Positions 10,105 to 20,983 are shown, numbered from the stretch's first letter. The stretch is DNA of 64,000 bases from Pyrodictiaceae archaeon (GCA_027036135.1 JALVSY010000030.1:246222-310221), one strand, 5' to 3'. Translations and numbers: made by a program. Notes: generated by a model not told the origin, from the sequence alone.

Positions 10105-11397
10105 GTGTCGGTGTCCTTGATATCGAGGGTTCAGCTTGAGCCCGGGCAAGTAATTAGAGTTATAGGCCCGGCGCATGTAAGGGTAATTAGTGGCCAAGTA
10201 CTTGTTCTCGGGGCGGTCTTTGACGCAGGTAAGGAGTTCTTCGTGCACAGGTACAGGAGCTATGCTATTAAAGGGCTCGTTGAGTCACTTGTCGAGATAA
10301 GGCTTGAGAGTGGAGGCTCTCTAGAAAATCCTCTACCAGGAGAAGAGATGATCGATAAGTGGGTTAGCGCCATAGATTCCTTGATACAAAGGGAGTGCCG
10401 GAGAATAGTTGTGATTGGGCCAAGCGACTCCGGTAAGACGAGTATAGCAGCCCTAATAGCCAATAGAAGCTTGCTAAGAGGGTACAGGGTGGGAGTAATA
10501 GATGCTGATGTAGGGCAAGCTGATATAGGGCCGCCGAGCACTGTCTCGGCAGCAATGGTTCCACGCCAGATTCTTTGGCTGCGAGAGCTTCGCGCGCAGT
10601 ACATTAGGTTTATAGGGTCTATTACACCTCAGAGAAATGAGCGAAAAATAGTAGCTGCAGTAGTTGAGCTCGCAAACAGCCTTATGCAAGCTGGCGCAGA
10701 CGTCATCGTTGTTGACACTGATGGCTGGGTTCAGGGAATAAACTCGATAGAGTATAAAGCCGAGATAACCCGGTTCATAAAAGCACATAGTGTAGTCGTG
10801 GTTGGTGATCAGCAGCTCTACCAGAGCATAAAGAACATGTTCCAAGGGCTTCCATGCGGGGCGGTGTTTCTCGAGTCTCCTAAGGTGAGGCGCGAGCGAA
10901 GCAGAGAGGATAGGAGGGTGCTGCGGAAAGAAGCGTATAAGAGGTATCTAACACCACTATTTGAGCGCGTAATTAGTCTGGACAAGGTATCATTGTATGG
11001 TTCGTGCTTTTTCTCGGCTAGGCGAGTAAGAGGATATGAGTCAGAGCTCCAGAAGCTTTTACGCGTCAATGTACTAGCTGTTAGCGAGACCATTGACACG
11101 TATTACGTAGTAACTAGTGGGCAGCCCTTACCGCAGCATGTAGCCACGGCAACGGAGAAACTAGGTAAGCAAGTATACATACTCGATGTGAATCTCGCAA
11201 AGAACGCTGTCCTATCAATAATAGGGAGTGATTACGAGGAGAAAGCCATAGGGTTGCTCAAGGAGATAGATTTTGACAAGAACACAGTAACCATAGCTAC
11301 GCCATACACCGGTGAGGTGAGGGGAATAATTTTTGGAAGCATACGCTTAAGCGATGAATTCGAGGAAGTAGGTAAGCCACTAAGGTGCGTCATATGA
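10105..11397 (+). CDS. Clp1/Grc3 polynucleotide 5'-OH kinase
   Basis: GPSDSGKT, DADVGQADIGPP, VVDTDGW, RSREDRR lid. Confidence 0.92.
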   Translation: MSVSLISRVQLEPGQVIRVIGPAHVRVISGQVLVLGAVFDAGKEFFVHRYRSYAIKGLVESLVEIRLESGGSLENPLPGEEMIDKWVSAIDSLIQRECRRIVVIGPSDSGKTSIAALIANRSLLRGYRVGVIDADVGQADIGPPSTVSAAMVPRQILWLRELRAQYIRFIGSITPQRNERKIVAAVVELANSLMQAGADVIVVDTDGWVQGINSIEYKAEITRFIKAHSVVVVGDQQLYQSIKNMFQGLPCGAVFLESPKVRRERSREDRRVLRKEAYKRYLTPLFERVISLDKVSLYGSCFFSARRVRGYESELQKLLRVNVLAVSETIDTYYVVTSGQPLPQHVATATEKLGKQVYILDVNLAKNAVLSIIGSDYEEKAIGLLKEIDFDKNTVTIATPYTGEVRGIIFGSIRLSDEFEEVGKPLRCVI

Positions 11398-12662
11398 GTA
11401 ACTGTCTTGCCGGCTCTATTCAAGAGTTCCTAGAAAGTCTCGGAGTCACTAACCTAAGCGAACAAGTAATAAGTCGAGACGAGGTAGTGGAACTGATAAA
11501 GAACAGTAAGGAGCCAGTCGCTTTCCGTGTAGCGGGGAAGCCTTATCGCTTCATAGCAAACTTGTTCGGCTCAAGGAGGCACCTATACCATGCCCTTGGG
11601 GCAGGGAGCGACCGTGAAGCATATGAGAGCCTTATGAACTCAATTAATGAGCCAGGAAACCTTGTCTACGACGAGTTCAATAAATACTTCGCCTTCCTCT
11701 CTTCATCTGTTATGGATCTACCGGGGCTGAGATTCTATAGACGCGATGGAGGCGAGTACATATCGTCTTCTATTTTCATCGCTTGTCTAGACGGGGTTTG
11801 TAACGCATCAATACACCGAATAATGATAAATAGAGAAGAGGGTTACGCAGCTGCCCGAATAGTTCCTAGGCACTTGTACACAATGCTAAAAGAGAAGAAG
11901 GCGCTGCCAGCGGCCATAGTCATAGGCACCCATCCACTAATCCTCTTAGCCTCTGCTATGAGTCCTCCCTTTGGCTTCTTCGAGCTAAGAGCAGCAGCCT
12001 CGCTTCTTGGTGGCTGTCTAAGAGTATGCAAGACGCCTAATCTGGGTCTACCGGTTCCATGTGGAGCCTCAATGATTGTTGAGGCTATTCTTGGCCCGGA
12101 ACGTAGAAGAGAGGGGCCCTTTGTAGACCTACTTCAGCTATATGACAAGGTGCGCGAAGAGCCTGTCCTACATGTAAAATCTATATATGTGAACAAGGTC
12201 TACGACCCGCTTATCCACGCTATACTGCCTGGCGGAGTTGAGCACATGCTGCTCATGGGGTTTCCGCGTGAAGCAGCTATATACGACTCAGTAAGGCGCT
12301 CAGTTCCACGTGTACATAAGGTTAGGTTGACGCCGGGCGGAGGTATGTGGCTTCACGCTATAGTAGCTATCGAGAAAATGCATGACGGTGATGGGAAAAC
12401 AGCTGCTTTTGCAGCACTAGCTGCACACCCAAGCCTAAAGCATGTCGTGGTAGTCGACGAGGACGTTGACCCCGATAACCCGTATGATGTTGAGTGGGCT
12501 ATAGCCACCCGTGTCCAGGCAGACAAGGACGTCATTATAGTGAGTAATGCTAGAGGCTCTACCCTTGATCCAAGCGCAGAGGAGGGCTTAACGGCGAAGA
12601 TGATTATAGATGCAACAGCGCCTCTGAACAGAAAAGAGGAGTTCCGAAGACCAGTAAGCTAG
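11385..12662 (+). CDS. UbiD-family decarboxylase (probable anhydromevalonate-phosphate decarboxylase)
   Basis: NASIHR, EGPF, KHVVVVDEDVD, RGSTLDPS; adjacent to the AcnX pair. Confidence 0.88.
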   Translation: MRHMSNCLAGSIQEFLESLGVTNLSEQVISRDEVVELIKNSKEPVAFRVAGKPYRFIANLFGSRRHLYHALGAGSDREAYESLMNSINEPGNLVYDEFNKYFAFLSSSVMDLPGLRFYRRDGGEYISSSIFIACLDGVCNASIHRIMINREEGYAAARIVPRHLYTMLKEKKALPAAIVIGTHPLILLASAMSPPFGFFELRAAASLLGGCLRVCKTPNLGLPVPCGASMIVEAILGPERRREGPFVDLLQLYDKVREEPVLHVKSIYVNKVYDPLIHAILPGGVEHMLLMGFPREAAIYDSVRRSVPRVHKVRLTPGGGMWLHAIVAIEKMHDGDGKTAAFAALAAHPSLKHVVVVDEDVDPDNPYDVEWAIATRVQADKDVIIVSNARGSTLDPSAEEGLTAKMIIDATAPLNRKEEFRRPVS

Positions 12663-12674
12663 AAGGGACAGGCA

Positions 12675-13868
12675 ATGTACCTAAGCAAGGAGGAGGAGAG
12701 AATACTAAACGGCGAGGAGGGCGAGGCACGACGACTTGCAATGAAGCTTGTCGTGAGAGTGGGCGAGGCCCTTGGAGCTGAGCGCTTAGTCAAGATAAGC
12801 CATGCACATGCAAGCGGGATCTCATACGATAACATAGGCGATGCTGGCTTAGAATTCCTTGAAACAATGGCTAGGAATGGGGGCAAGGCCAAGGTATTTG
12901 CAACGTTCAACCCCGTAGGAATGTGTATGGAGCTTGAGCCTCCCCTGAAGCTACGAGAAGAACCGGACTTTGTTAGAAAACAGCTAAGGATTGTCAAGCT
13001 GCTCGAATTAATGGGGTTTATCCGTAGCATAACCTGTATACCGTATCGGATACGTAGTCCCCGGCTAGGCGAGCACTTAGCATGGGGCGAGTCAAGTGCA
13101 GTAGCAGTCGCCAATACCTTGTACGGGGCCCGCACTAATCGCGAGGGCGGTCCCTTAGCGCTAGCAGCCGCTCTTGTCGGGCGAACATATTACTGGGGCT
13201 TACACTTGGACGAGAATAGGCATCCAACAATAAAACTGGTTGTTCGCAACGCCAAGGTATCGGATGAGCTCCGAGCAGGCCTCATAGGCTATTACATGGG
13301 GCTCGAACTAAGCGATCACATACCACTAGTAGAGGCGAAGCTCGCTAAGGAGCGTCACGTTATATCGATGTGTGCTGCGGCAGCTGCGAGCGGCAACATA
13401 GCTATGTGCCTAGTAAAGGACTTCTCACCAGAATACAGAGAGCCGGTCAATGGCCTCGAGAGAGTAGAGATAGATGAGAAAGAGCTAGTAACTCTCCGAG
13501 AAAGTATTGAGACAGCTAGCCTTGACGAAGCCGAGCTATTCTTCACCGGGTGCCCACACCACGATGCCAGCTTCGTGACCAAGGTGGCTGATTACATTGT
13601 GAGCAAGAACATAGGGAGGCTTAAGAAAGAGATGTGGATAGCTATACCCGGGTACCAAGCAAGCAAGGTAAGAGACATCGCAAGGAAGCTCCGCGAGAAA
13701 AACATATACATACTCCCAGGCACATGTATAGTAGTATCAAGGCTACGTGGAAGAGCAAAAGCCATTGCAACAGACTCTCTGAAAACAGCGTTCTATATGC
13801 CTCGCAGGCACGGAATAAGGGTCGCTCTAAGCACTGCGTGGCAATACATAGACAAGTTCTCCGAGTAA
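12675..13868 (+). CDS. Aconitase X large subunit (phosphomevalonate dehydratase, DUF521)
   Basis: MYLSKEEE.IL.GE.G, TCIPY, AWGESSA..ANT..GARTNREGG, GCPH, TDSLK. Confidence 0.9.
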   Translation: MYLSKEEERILNGEEGEARRLAMKLVVRVGEALGAERLVKISHAHASGISYDNIGDAGLEFLETMARNGGKAKVFATFNPVGMCMELEPPLKLREEPDFVRKQLRIVKLLELMGFIRSITCIPYRIRSPRLGEHLAWGESSAVAVANTLYGARTNREGGPLALAAALVGRTYYWGLHLDENRHPTIKLVVRNAKVSDELRAGLIGYYMGLELSDHIPLVEAKLAKERHVISMCAAAAASGNIAMCLVKDFSPEYREPVNGLERVEIDEKELVTLRESIETASLDEAELFFTGCPHHDASFVTKVADYIVSKNIGRLKKEMWIAIPGYQASKVRDIARKLREKNIYILPGTCIVVSRLRGRAKAIATDSLKTAFYMPRRHGIRVALSTAWQYIDKFSE

Positions 13869-13892
13869 GAAAAACCCGGGGTACTCGGTGTA

Positions 13893-14282
13893 TTGAGGCT
13901 CGTACTTAGTCTGCGCGGGTACGTGGAGGGCGAGGCTGAAGGAGAGCTTGTGGTAGTGAATCAGCGCATATCATTTTACGGCGAGGTGCGCGATGGCAAA
14001 CTGGTTGATGGAAGAAGTATTGTTGGCAAGATACTAGTAGCGCTAGGCACACGGGGAAGCACAGTAGCTCCCTACATACTATATGGGCTCAGTAAGCGAG
14101 GCCTAGCACCAAGAGCCATAATAGTGAGCAGCATAGAGCCAATGCTCGTAGCAGGATGCGTACTATCATCTATCCCACTTGCCGGAGGATTACCGCCCGA
14201 GACAATAAGGCAGATACACGATGGGTGCCAAGGAAAACTAATCGTCAAACCCCCTAGGGCAGAAGCCATAATTGAGTGCTAG
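13893..14282 (+). CDS. Aconitase X small subunit (DUF126)
   Basis: GEAEGE, ISFYG, GKILV, RGSTV motifs. Confidence 0.9.
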   Translation: MRLVLSLRGYVEGEAEGELVVVNQRISFYGEVRDGKLVDGRSIVGKILVALGTRGSTVAPYILYGLSKRGLAPRAIIVSSIEPMLVAGCVLSSIPLAGGLPPETIRQIHDGCQGKLIVKPPRAEAIIEC

Positions 14283-14668
14283 TCCTTCTTCTCCTCCTCC
14301 CTCGTCTTCCCGGAGTCCTGCATTATCGACAAGATGCGCTCAGTCCTCTCCAGCACATCAAGCCACCGAACTAGCTCATCAAGCCCTTGGCCACGCCTCT
14401 CCAGCGCCTTCGCTATCTCCTCGGCAGCCACCTTCTCTATGTTCTCCAGTACACCTTGAACAGTTATCCTAGTAGCCTCGCTCTCCGTCTTAACAATATA
14501 GACTCTCCCATGAACAGGGCAAACAACCTCTCCACTCTTCAGCCTAAACAATGGAAGCCCACAAATAGGGCACCTCTCGGAAAGCATCGCAGCCCCTGCA
14601 CGCAGCAAATCAGCCATCTTCTTAACAACATCCTGGCCCTCAGGCCTCCTACGCTCACTCAGCGACAT
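14279..14668 (-). CDS. UPF0148 / autoantigen p27-like Zn-finger protein
   Basis: MADLLRAGAAMLSERCPICGLPLF...CPVHG. Confidence 0.88.
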   Translation of the reverse strand: MSLSERRRPEGQDVVKKMADLLRAGAAMLSERCPICGLPLFRLKSGEVVCPVHGRVYIVKTESEATRITVQGVLENIEKVAAEEIAKALERRGQGLDELVRWLDVLERTERILSIMQDSGKTREEEKKD

Positions 14669-14795
14669 AGAGCCACCAGCACCCCCAACACATTACCAGC
14701 AATAGAAGCGGTACGTATAAACTAGCTCCCCTATAAGAAGAGGATGCACGGCGGGAAAAAGGGCCCCCTGCCGCACTAGCCCCAAAGCACCCGGG

Positions 14796-15077
14796 GTGAG
14801 CACAATGGCTGCCCCTATCTACGATAACCAGGCTAAGATAAGGCAAGCCATAGTAATGCTTATGAGGATAATAAACGATACAGCCGTTCCAAGGAACATA
14901 AGAAGAGCAGCAACAGAGGCAATAAAACAACTACGCGATGAAAGCGTAAGCCCAGCCGTGAGAGCAGCTAATGCAATAAGCATCCTCGATGAGATTAGCC
15001 AAGACCCCAATATGCCTATCTACGCCAGAACAATAATATGGAACGTAATCACGCTACTTGAAACAGTAAAAGACTAG
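14796..15077 (+). CDS. UPF0147 family protein
   Basis: [11 protein letters not shown]...[12 protein letters not shown]. Confidence 0.9.
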   Translation: MSTMAAPIYDNQAKIRQAIVMLMRIINDTAVPRNIRRAATEAIKQLRDESVSPAVRAANAISILDEISQDPNMPIYARTIIWNVITLLETVKD

Positions 15078-15151
15078 GCCTCATAGACCCGCTTCTCCAG
15101 CACTAAAATGGTTTTATTTTGCACAGACCAGTAAGAAAACATAGCCCATTC

Positions 15152-15355
15152 TTACACGACTATCTCTATTACTTGTGCCCGCGGATCATATCTTGGCTCA
15201 CTACGTATCTCGGGGAGCTTTATCCCCTCTTTCTGTAAAAGCGTCTCTATAGCTGCTCTAATAACCTCGCTCCTCGACAATCCCTTCATCTTCGCATATC
15301 TATCGAGAACCCTTAATAATTCCTCGTCAAGCTTAAAGGTAACTATGCGCTGCAT
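15152..15355 (-). CDS. Ribbon-helix-helix (CopG) regulator
   Basis: [15 protein letters not shown]...[10 protein letters not shown]. Confidence 0.88.
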   Translation of the reverse strand: MQRIVTFKLDEELLRVLDRYAKMKGLSRSEVIRAAIETLLQKEGIKLPEIRSEPRYDPRAQVIEIVV

Positions 15356-15485
15356 ACGCGTCCTCCCTATCTTATAGTGTTACTACTATCTTTCAGTGTA
15401 TAGAAGGAAGTATGGATCCGAGTTACATAGGGAGGGGGAGCTAAGCGTAACTAATGCCGTGGAGAAGATTGATAATCTGGTTTAT

Positions 15486-15573
15486 TGGTGCGGGGGGTGG
15501 GATTTGAACCCACGCAGGCCTACGCCAGCGGGTCCTGAGCCCGCCCCCTTCGACCTGGCTCGGGCACCCCCGC
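15486..15573 (-). tRNA. tRNA-Leu(CAG)
   Basis: Cloverleaf GCGGGGG...CCCCCGC ACCA; anticodon arm GCGGG-CTCAGGA-CCCGC; long variable arm. Confidence 0.97.
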
Positions 15574-15694
15574 GCCCAGGTGATAGGCTGTCTTCGCCTC
15601 GTTCAATGGGTTTCCGGGGCATCCGTGTGTGGAGCAGTACTTGGTCTAGGGTTTTTCTAGCTGACTCCCAGGGACGGAGCCTGTGAAGAGGGTG

Positions 15695-17110
15695 CTACTT
15701 GGCTGCCTTCTGTGCCTCTTCTAGGGCTTTCTCGTATAGAGCGGCGGTGATTATCCCTTCTTTGAACACCTTGTCTAGCTCTTCCTTGTCGATTATTCTC
15801 GTCTCGCCGCTCGTTGTCTTTACAACGTCTATTTCGAGATCGTGGTATATTACTCCGTCCTCGAAGAGCTCGGGGGGCGTGTTTATGTTTATGTATATGC
15901 CTTTAAGCTCGCCGCTGGCAGAGTAATATGTGTGCTTTATGCTCCATTCGCGCGTGTTTATCTCGGTGACTATTCTGTCTCCGGGCTCCTTCTCGGCGCC
16001 AAGGCCATCATATACTCCTCTGTGCTTCACTGTTCTCTCAAGTATTAGTATGACTGCGTCGCGGTCTCTGTAGATGTTTTTGAGCCTTGCCGTGCCTAGC
16101 TCTATTACCTCGCCGCTGGGCTTTACGTGGAGAATCCTTACATGGTGCTTCTGCTTATAGGTCTCTAGCACTAGGTCTAGGAAGGCCTCTACTAGCTGGG
16201 CCTCATCTATTCTTCTCTGCTTTAGTTTCTCAGCATAATCGACTACGCTTGAGAATGATTGCAGCATGCTCTTAGTAGAGTGGTGAAACTTTATCGTTGG
16301 AACTACTTCGTCTCTCACCTTGTCAAGGTACTCTTTATCAACGCTGCTAAGCCTTACAACAGCTACTATCTCGCCAGTACTGTACTTTTTACCGGGCTTC
16401 CCCTCCTCTGCCCGCTTCCTAACCTCGGCAAGGGCCTTGACCAAATCCTCCAAATGAGTTCTAAGAGTATCTTGGTCCGCGTGCTGGCTACTACTCCTCC
16501 AGTGAACACTAAGCCCCTTAGAAGTAGCTAGCGAGGCTAATGCGGCTAGCTTGGCTCTCTTAGCAGTACTCCTTACGTGCTCACTAATAGTTACACGCGG
16601 CTTACCGTCCTGCTCGTAGACTATGGCGTAGTCGCCTATCACCCTCGCGCCGGGCACTAGCCTCGGCTCCTCAAACGGCTTTACACCAGGCCATACCACG
16701 GAGGCAACTACGTGTCTCCCCTCTGTGCACTCGTCGCTCAGCAGCTCGGCCTCAATGCCCCCGACCTCTGCTATGCATTTATCGCCTCTCCTCCCCTTGA
16801 CGACTGCCTTTACTGTGCTGTGAAGCGGGAGCCTAGATATCCAGTAAAAGGAGTACCTTAGGTGCCTCTGGAGAGCAGAGAGAACACGGTCAGCCTTCCC
16901 CCCATAGCCAACGACAACTAGTTCGCTGGGCTCCCGGTCACTCGTCTTAACAGTCACGTCGGCTGGTAAGCGTAGCTCGGGTAAATGGAACCGGTCAGCG
17001 ATTATCCTAGAGGGCTGAACTACCTGGAACCCCTCGTCAAGAATTATCTTCGTGAGCGCGGTGGCGTAGATCCCCCTAATCCGTACCCTTATTATCGCCG
17101 AGGCGGGCAC
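15695..17110 (-). CDS. fau-1: FAU-1 family RNA-binding ribonuclease (DUF402 C-terminus)
   Basis: VRIRGIYATALT N-terminus, WRSS, YININTP.E, DLEIDVV. Confidence 0.92.
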   Translation of the reverse strand: MPASAIIRVRIRGIYATALTKIILDEGFQVVQPSRIIADRFHLPELRLPADVTVKTSDREPSELVVVGYGGKADRVLSALQRHLRYSFYWISRLPLHSTVKAVVKGRRGDKCIAEVGGIEAELLSDECTEGRHVVASVVWPGVKPFEEPRLVPGARVIGDYAIVYEQDGKPRVTISEHVRSTAKRAKLAALASLATSKGLSVHWRSSSQHADQDTLRTHLEDLVKALAEVRKRAEEGKPGKKYSTGEIVAVVRLSSVDKEYLDKVRDEVVPTIKFHHSTKSMLQSFSSVVDYAEKLKQRRIDEAQLVEAFLDLVLETYKQKHHVRILHVKPSGEVIELGTARLKNIYRDRDAVILILERTVKHRGVYDGLGAEKEPGDRIVTEINTREWSIKHTYYSASGELKGIYININTPPELFEDGVIYHDLEIDVVKTTSGETRIIDKEELDKVFKEGIITAALYEKALEEAQKAAK

Positions 17111-17288
17111 GGGCTAGCGCCTCCCTGTCCCGGCAAGGATATGGCCCTGGTCTGAATTATTAGGGTTCGTTGATTAGCTAAGTGCATGGATAAAGGAATA
17201 GCACTCCGCCTCTAGGATGCATTATTAATAGACAACGGGAGGGCTGTGAAAAAGAGGACTATGGAGTAGCGGGCTTAGCTCTCCGGGG

Positions 17289-17885
17289 TTACTGTTTTGT
17301 CCGTGCTAGCTCGGCGCCCCGGTGTAGGGCGGCGATGTTTGGTTTTGCTGCCTTGCCGAGCACGTTCTGGATGGCTTTCTCGGCTGCCTCTAGGTCTATG
17401 TAGTCTTTGAGAGCACCTGCCTCTATAGCTGCTCCTAGTAGGATCATGTTTGCTACACGGACGTCTCCGCGTTCGAGGGCTTCCTGCGTAGCTGGCACTA
17501 TTACTAGCTTAGATGCCCTGGTCTTGACCATGGATACCAATTCGCTCGGCTCCGGTATCTTTACGCCGGGTAGCGGCGGAGGTACCAGGTAGTCGTTCAC
17601 GACTGCTATGGAGCCCTCTGCTAGGTAGTAGGAGTACCTCGCGGCCTCGATTAGCTCCATCGAGAGCAGTGCGTCAGCGGCTCCAGGCGGTATTAGGGGA
17701 GCGTCGGCGTTGCCTAGCCTAACGTGCACTATTACTGTGCCTCCTCTCTGGCTCAGGCCATGGGTCTCAGCAACTATCGCGTTAACGCCGTTAAGGAGAG
17801 CTGCCTCTGCTATTACGCGTGCAAGGGTTATTTGGCCCTGACCACCAATACCCGTGACTACTATGTTGAGCACGTCCCCCGCCAT
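17289..17885 (-). CDS. iorB: Indolepyruvate ferredoxin oxidoreductase beta subunit
   Basis: GIGGQG, ETHGLSQRGG.V, NMILLG. Confidence 0.93.
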   Translation of the reverse strand: MAGDVLNIVVTGIGGQGQITLARVIAEAALLNGVNAIVAETHGLSQRGGTVIVHVRLGNADAPLIPPGAADALLSMELIEAARYSYYLAEGSIAVVNDYLVPPPLPGVKIPEPSELVSMVKTRASKLVIVPATQEALERGDVRVANMILLGAAIEAGALKDYIDLEAAEKAIQNVLGKAAKPNIAALHRGAELARTKQ

Positions 17886-17901
17886 GCTGGGTCACCTCCC
17901 C

Positions 17902-19857
17902 TTATTCGGGCTTAGCTGTCCTCATTATCTTGAACCACTCAGGGTTGGGCTCGGCTACTGGCTCGAAGGCGTTGAATGGGCAGATCTGGGCACATACCCC
18001 GCACCCTGTACACAACGCTGGGTCTATCTCGGCCTTCTTGTCGCTCCTGCGATGTATTGCTGGGCAGTTGAACACTGTGTAGCATATGCCGCACCCGGTG
18101 CACTTATCCAGGTTAACCTTGTAAGCGACGGGCTTTACTCCCATGCGGTAAGCTGTTCTCAGCGCGACTAGTATACAGGCACCCTTAGCTACTAGGACAG
18201 CGGGCTTCTTGTTCTCCTTCACGTACCTCAGTGCCTCTAGGAGCTTCGCCTCGGAGTCCTTAACATCAAATGGATCAGCTACTAGGATCTTCTCTACACC
18301 GACTTCCCGGGCAACACTCTCTATGCTCATAGCTCGTCCGGGCTCCCCTGTTGCCCTGATACCAGTCCCGGGGTGTGGCTGGTGCCCTGTCATCGCGGTG
18401 GTGTGGTTATCTAGGACTATTACTAGGAGTGGTGCGTTGTTGTATACAGCGTTTAGTAGCGGTGTTATGCCGCTGTGGAAGAATGTTGAGTCACCTATTA
18501 TCGCTATAGCTATGTCGTTGTCCCCGCGGAGTACGTGCGCGAACCCGTTCCCAGCGCCTATGCTACCGCCCATCTCTATTATAGTGTCTTGGACGTGGAA
18601 CGGGGGCAGTACTCCTAGGCTATAGCAGCCTATATCACCGCTATACACGGGTTTTAGCCGTAGCTTGTTCACGGCGCGCCTCAGCGCGTAGAAGAAGCCA
18701 CGATACGGGCACCCTGGGCACAGTACCGGGGGTCTTGGGGGAAGTTTTTCATCGAGGCTCTCTGGGGGCTCTAGGGCCCATTTCGGCGCCTCCTTCCCAG
18801 TTACCTTGGCGAGGGCCTTTACTACCTTGTCTAGTCCTAGCTCGCCGTATCGCGGAAGAAGCGGCTCGCCGCGCTTACCAAGTATCCTTGTCTTTGCCCC
18901 CGCTTCCTGGGCCATGGCCTTTAGCTGTGTTTCTGCGACGGGGTCACCCTCCTCGACTACTAGCACGGTGTCGTGGCTCAGTATCTTCTCGGCCAGCGGT
19001 CTCGGGAACGGTACGCTCGTCGCGACCTTGTAGAGCGTAACCATGTCCTCCGCTCCCAGTACGCGTACAGCCTCCCTAGCGTAGCGGTGGCCGAGCCCAA
19101 CCCCTACTACTGCTACGTCGCCGCTACCCTCGATGCTGTTGAGGGGGAAGCTGGCCAGCTCTTCGGCTATCTTGTCCCAGTAATCGAGTAGCTCTAGTCT
19201 CTTCCTCCGAGCATACTGGGGCACAAGCGTCCAACGCGCAGGATCCTTGTGGAACTCTCCCCGGGGCTCCAGCTTATCCAGCGGTATCTCCCCGGTATCC
19301 ACTGGGACCCTTGTGTGCGCTATCCTAGTGGTAGTCCTCAGTATGAATGGGCGCTTGTACTTCTCGCTATACGTGAGCGCAAGCCTAGCAGCCTCCTTAG
19401 CGTCCTGGGGCCCCGTGGGCTCTATCACCGCCACGTAGGCGTGGAGACCATACCACCTATTGTCTTGCTCGTTCTGGCTACTCCACATCCAGGGATCATC
19501 AGCACTCACCACTACCAGTGCCCCGTCGACGCCCAGGTACGCGCTGCTAAAGAACGGGTCAGCGGCGACGTTGAGCCCCACGTGCTTCATAGCAGCTATT
19601 GCACGGGCCCCGGCTATGGCGGCGCCGAGGGCAGCCTCGAGAGCCACCTTCTCGTTGACACTCCACTCGACGTAGGGCTTGCCGCCGAGCACCCGGGAGG
19701 CAGTTGAGAGCGCCTCAACTATCTCGGTGCTAGGCGTACCAGGGTAAGCGGCAGCGAACTGTAGCCCAGCCTCGAGGAAGCCACGGGCAATCGCAACGTT
19801 GCCCAGCATTATTACTCTCTTACCTGGAGGCGAGAGAACCTCGCGATGATGAGCCAA
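17902..19857 (-). CDS. iorA: Indolepyruvate ferredoxin oxidoreductase alpha subunit
   Basis: YPGTPSTE, SSQNEQD, RPPVLCPGCP, GDSTFFH, C-terminal 2x[4Fe-4S]. Confidence 0.95.
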   Translation of the reverse strand: MAHHREVLSPPGKRVIMLGNVAIARGFLEAGLQFAAAYPGTPSTEIVEALSTASRVLGGKPYVEWSVNEKVALEAALGAAIAGARAIAAMKHVGLNVAADPFFSSAYLGVDGALVVVSADDPWMWSSQNEQDNRWYGLHAYVAVIEPTGPQDAKEAARLALTYSEKYKRPFILRTTTRIAHTRVPVDTGEIPLDKLEPRGEFHKDPARWTLVPQYARRKRLELLDYWDKIAEELASFPLNSIEGSGDVAVVGVGLGHRYAREAVRVLGAEDMVTLYKVATSVPFPRPLAEKILSHDTVLVVEEGDPVAETQLKAMAQEAGAKTRILGKRGEPLLPRYGELGLDKVVKALAKVTGKEAPKWALEPPESLDEKLPPRPPVLCPGCPYRGFFYALRRAVNKLRLKPVYSGDIGCYSLGVLPPFHVQDTIIEMGGSIGAGNGFAHVLRGDNDIAIAIIGDSTFFHSGITPLLNAVYNNAPLLVIVLDNHTTAMTGHQPHPGTGIRATGEPGRAMSIESVAREVGVEKILVADPFDVKDSEAKLLEALRYVKENKKPAVLVAKGACILVALRTAYRMGVKPVAYKVNLDKCTGCGICYTVFNCPAIHRRSDKKAEIDPALCTGCGVCAQICPFNAFEPVAEPNPEWFKIMRTAKPE

Positions 19858-19996
19858 AATAACCAGTCCCCGCAGAGGAGTTCCTCACCCTATGTTTTTG
19901 CCCCTGGGTAACGGATAAGCATCACGATAGTCGGTGGCCTAACGAGACCCTCCAAGCACTATCCAAGAGAGACACTGTGGAGGAGAAGAGGGATGC

Positions 19997-20845
19997 CTAG
20001 GCGGCTAGCTCTCCTCCTCGCTGCCTGGTCGCTGGGGCCTCGAGGCCGCCCACGACGCCTGCCTTCTCGGCCTCCTCAGCCTCTTCTTCCTCGACTATCT
20101 CCCTTATCTTGTGCCTAGCTACCGCGATGGCGTGCTCTAGGTCGCCGCGCGGGCCACGTATCCTCTCCGGTAGCTTCTCCAAGACCTCCTCTGGGCCATA
20201 GCAGACGAGGCGGTCTCCAGCACGTAGGCGGAAATCGGGCTTAGGAGCCCCAATGTAAACCTCTCCCTGGGGAGTCTGCCTGTAAACCCCCAGGACCATT
20301 ACGCCCTCCTCTCTCAGCCTAGCCTCCTTGAGCGTCTTCCCGTCAAGCCAGCAACCAGGCCTTACACGTATTATCGAGATACCGTAGCCCCTGCTGAGCC
20401 CCAGCACGTGCTCATAGTCTATTATCTTGACCCGTGTCCAGCGAGTACTAGCCCACTCAATAAACTTTCCAAGCAACTTATCCAGTAAGTGGGAGCGAGA
20501 GAAGAGGTAGAGGGCACCGAGCCCAATAAGCAGGCCTAGGCCATTAGTAGCCATCTCTCCCGGTGTATTGCCGACGAAGGTGAGCACAAGCGAGGCTATG
20601 GCAGAGGTGAGCCCCGCGCTCCCCAGGAGCATAAGCCACTTAATGATTCTCCTTCGAATCGGGTGATTCACAACGTACTCCGCCTCAGAAGTAGTAAACC
20701 CCACGCCGGTAAACGCTGAAAGCGCCTGGAACCCGGCAACATCGTGGCTAAGCCCAGTCTTCTCCAACGCCTTAGTACCTATACGCACCACTATCATAGA
20801 GAACAGCACTACCAGCAGGAACGTTACCAGTGGCGCCGGGAACAT
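19997..20845 (-). CDS. TrkA-C (RCK_C) domain membrane protein with ion-channel-like pore
   Basis: SAFTGVGFTT.E pore-like motif, TM helices, GKTL.E..L..GV.VLG RCK_C. Confidence 0.8.
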   Translation of the reverse strand: MFPAPLVTFLLVVLFSMIVVRIGTKALEKTGLSHDVAGFQALSAFTGVGFTTSEAEYVVNHPIRRRIIKWLMLLGSAGLTSAIASLVLTFVGNTPGEMATNGLGLLIGLGALYLFSRSHLLDKLLGKFIEWASTRWTRVKIIDYEHVLGLSRGYGISIIRVRPGCWLDGKTLKEARLREEGVMVLGVYRQTPQGEVYIGAPKPDFRLRAGDRLVCYGPEEVLEKLPERIRGPRGDLEHAIAVARHKIREIVEEEEAEEAEKAGVVGGLEAPATRQRGGELAA

Positions 20846-20983
20846 AGCCCTGCATCAACCTAGCTACTCGGAATCACCGAGGCCCCCTTTATATATCCAT
20901 GGCTTATAGAGCCCTGGTATGTACTAGTAGTACACAAGCCTAGAATACCCAGACAGAGCCAAGGAACAAACTGGTAAACAGTT

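Noticed and set aside
15396-15686. ORFs across tRNA-Leu (and 63752-63964 across tRNA-Glu)
   Set aside because: Antisense read-through of intact tRNA genes
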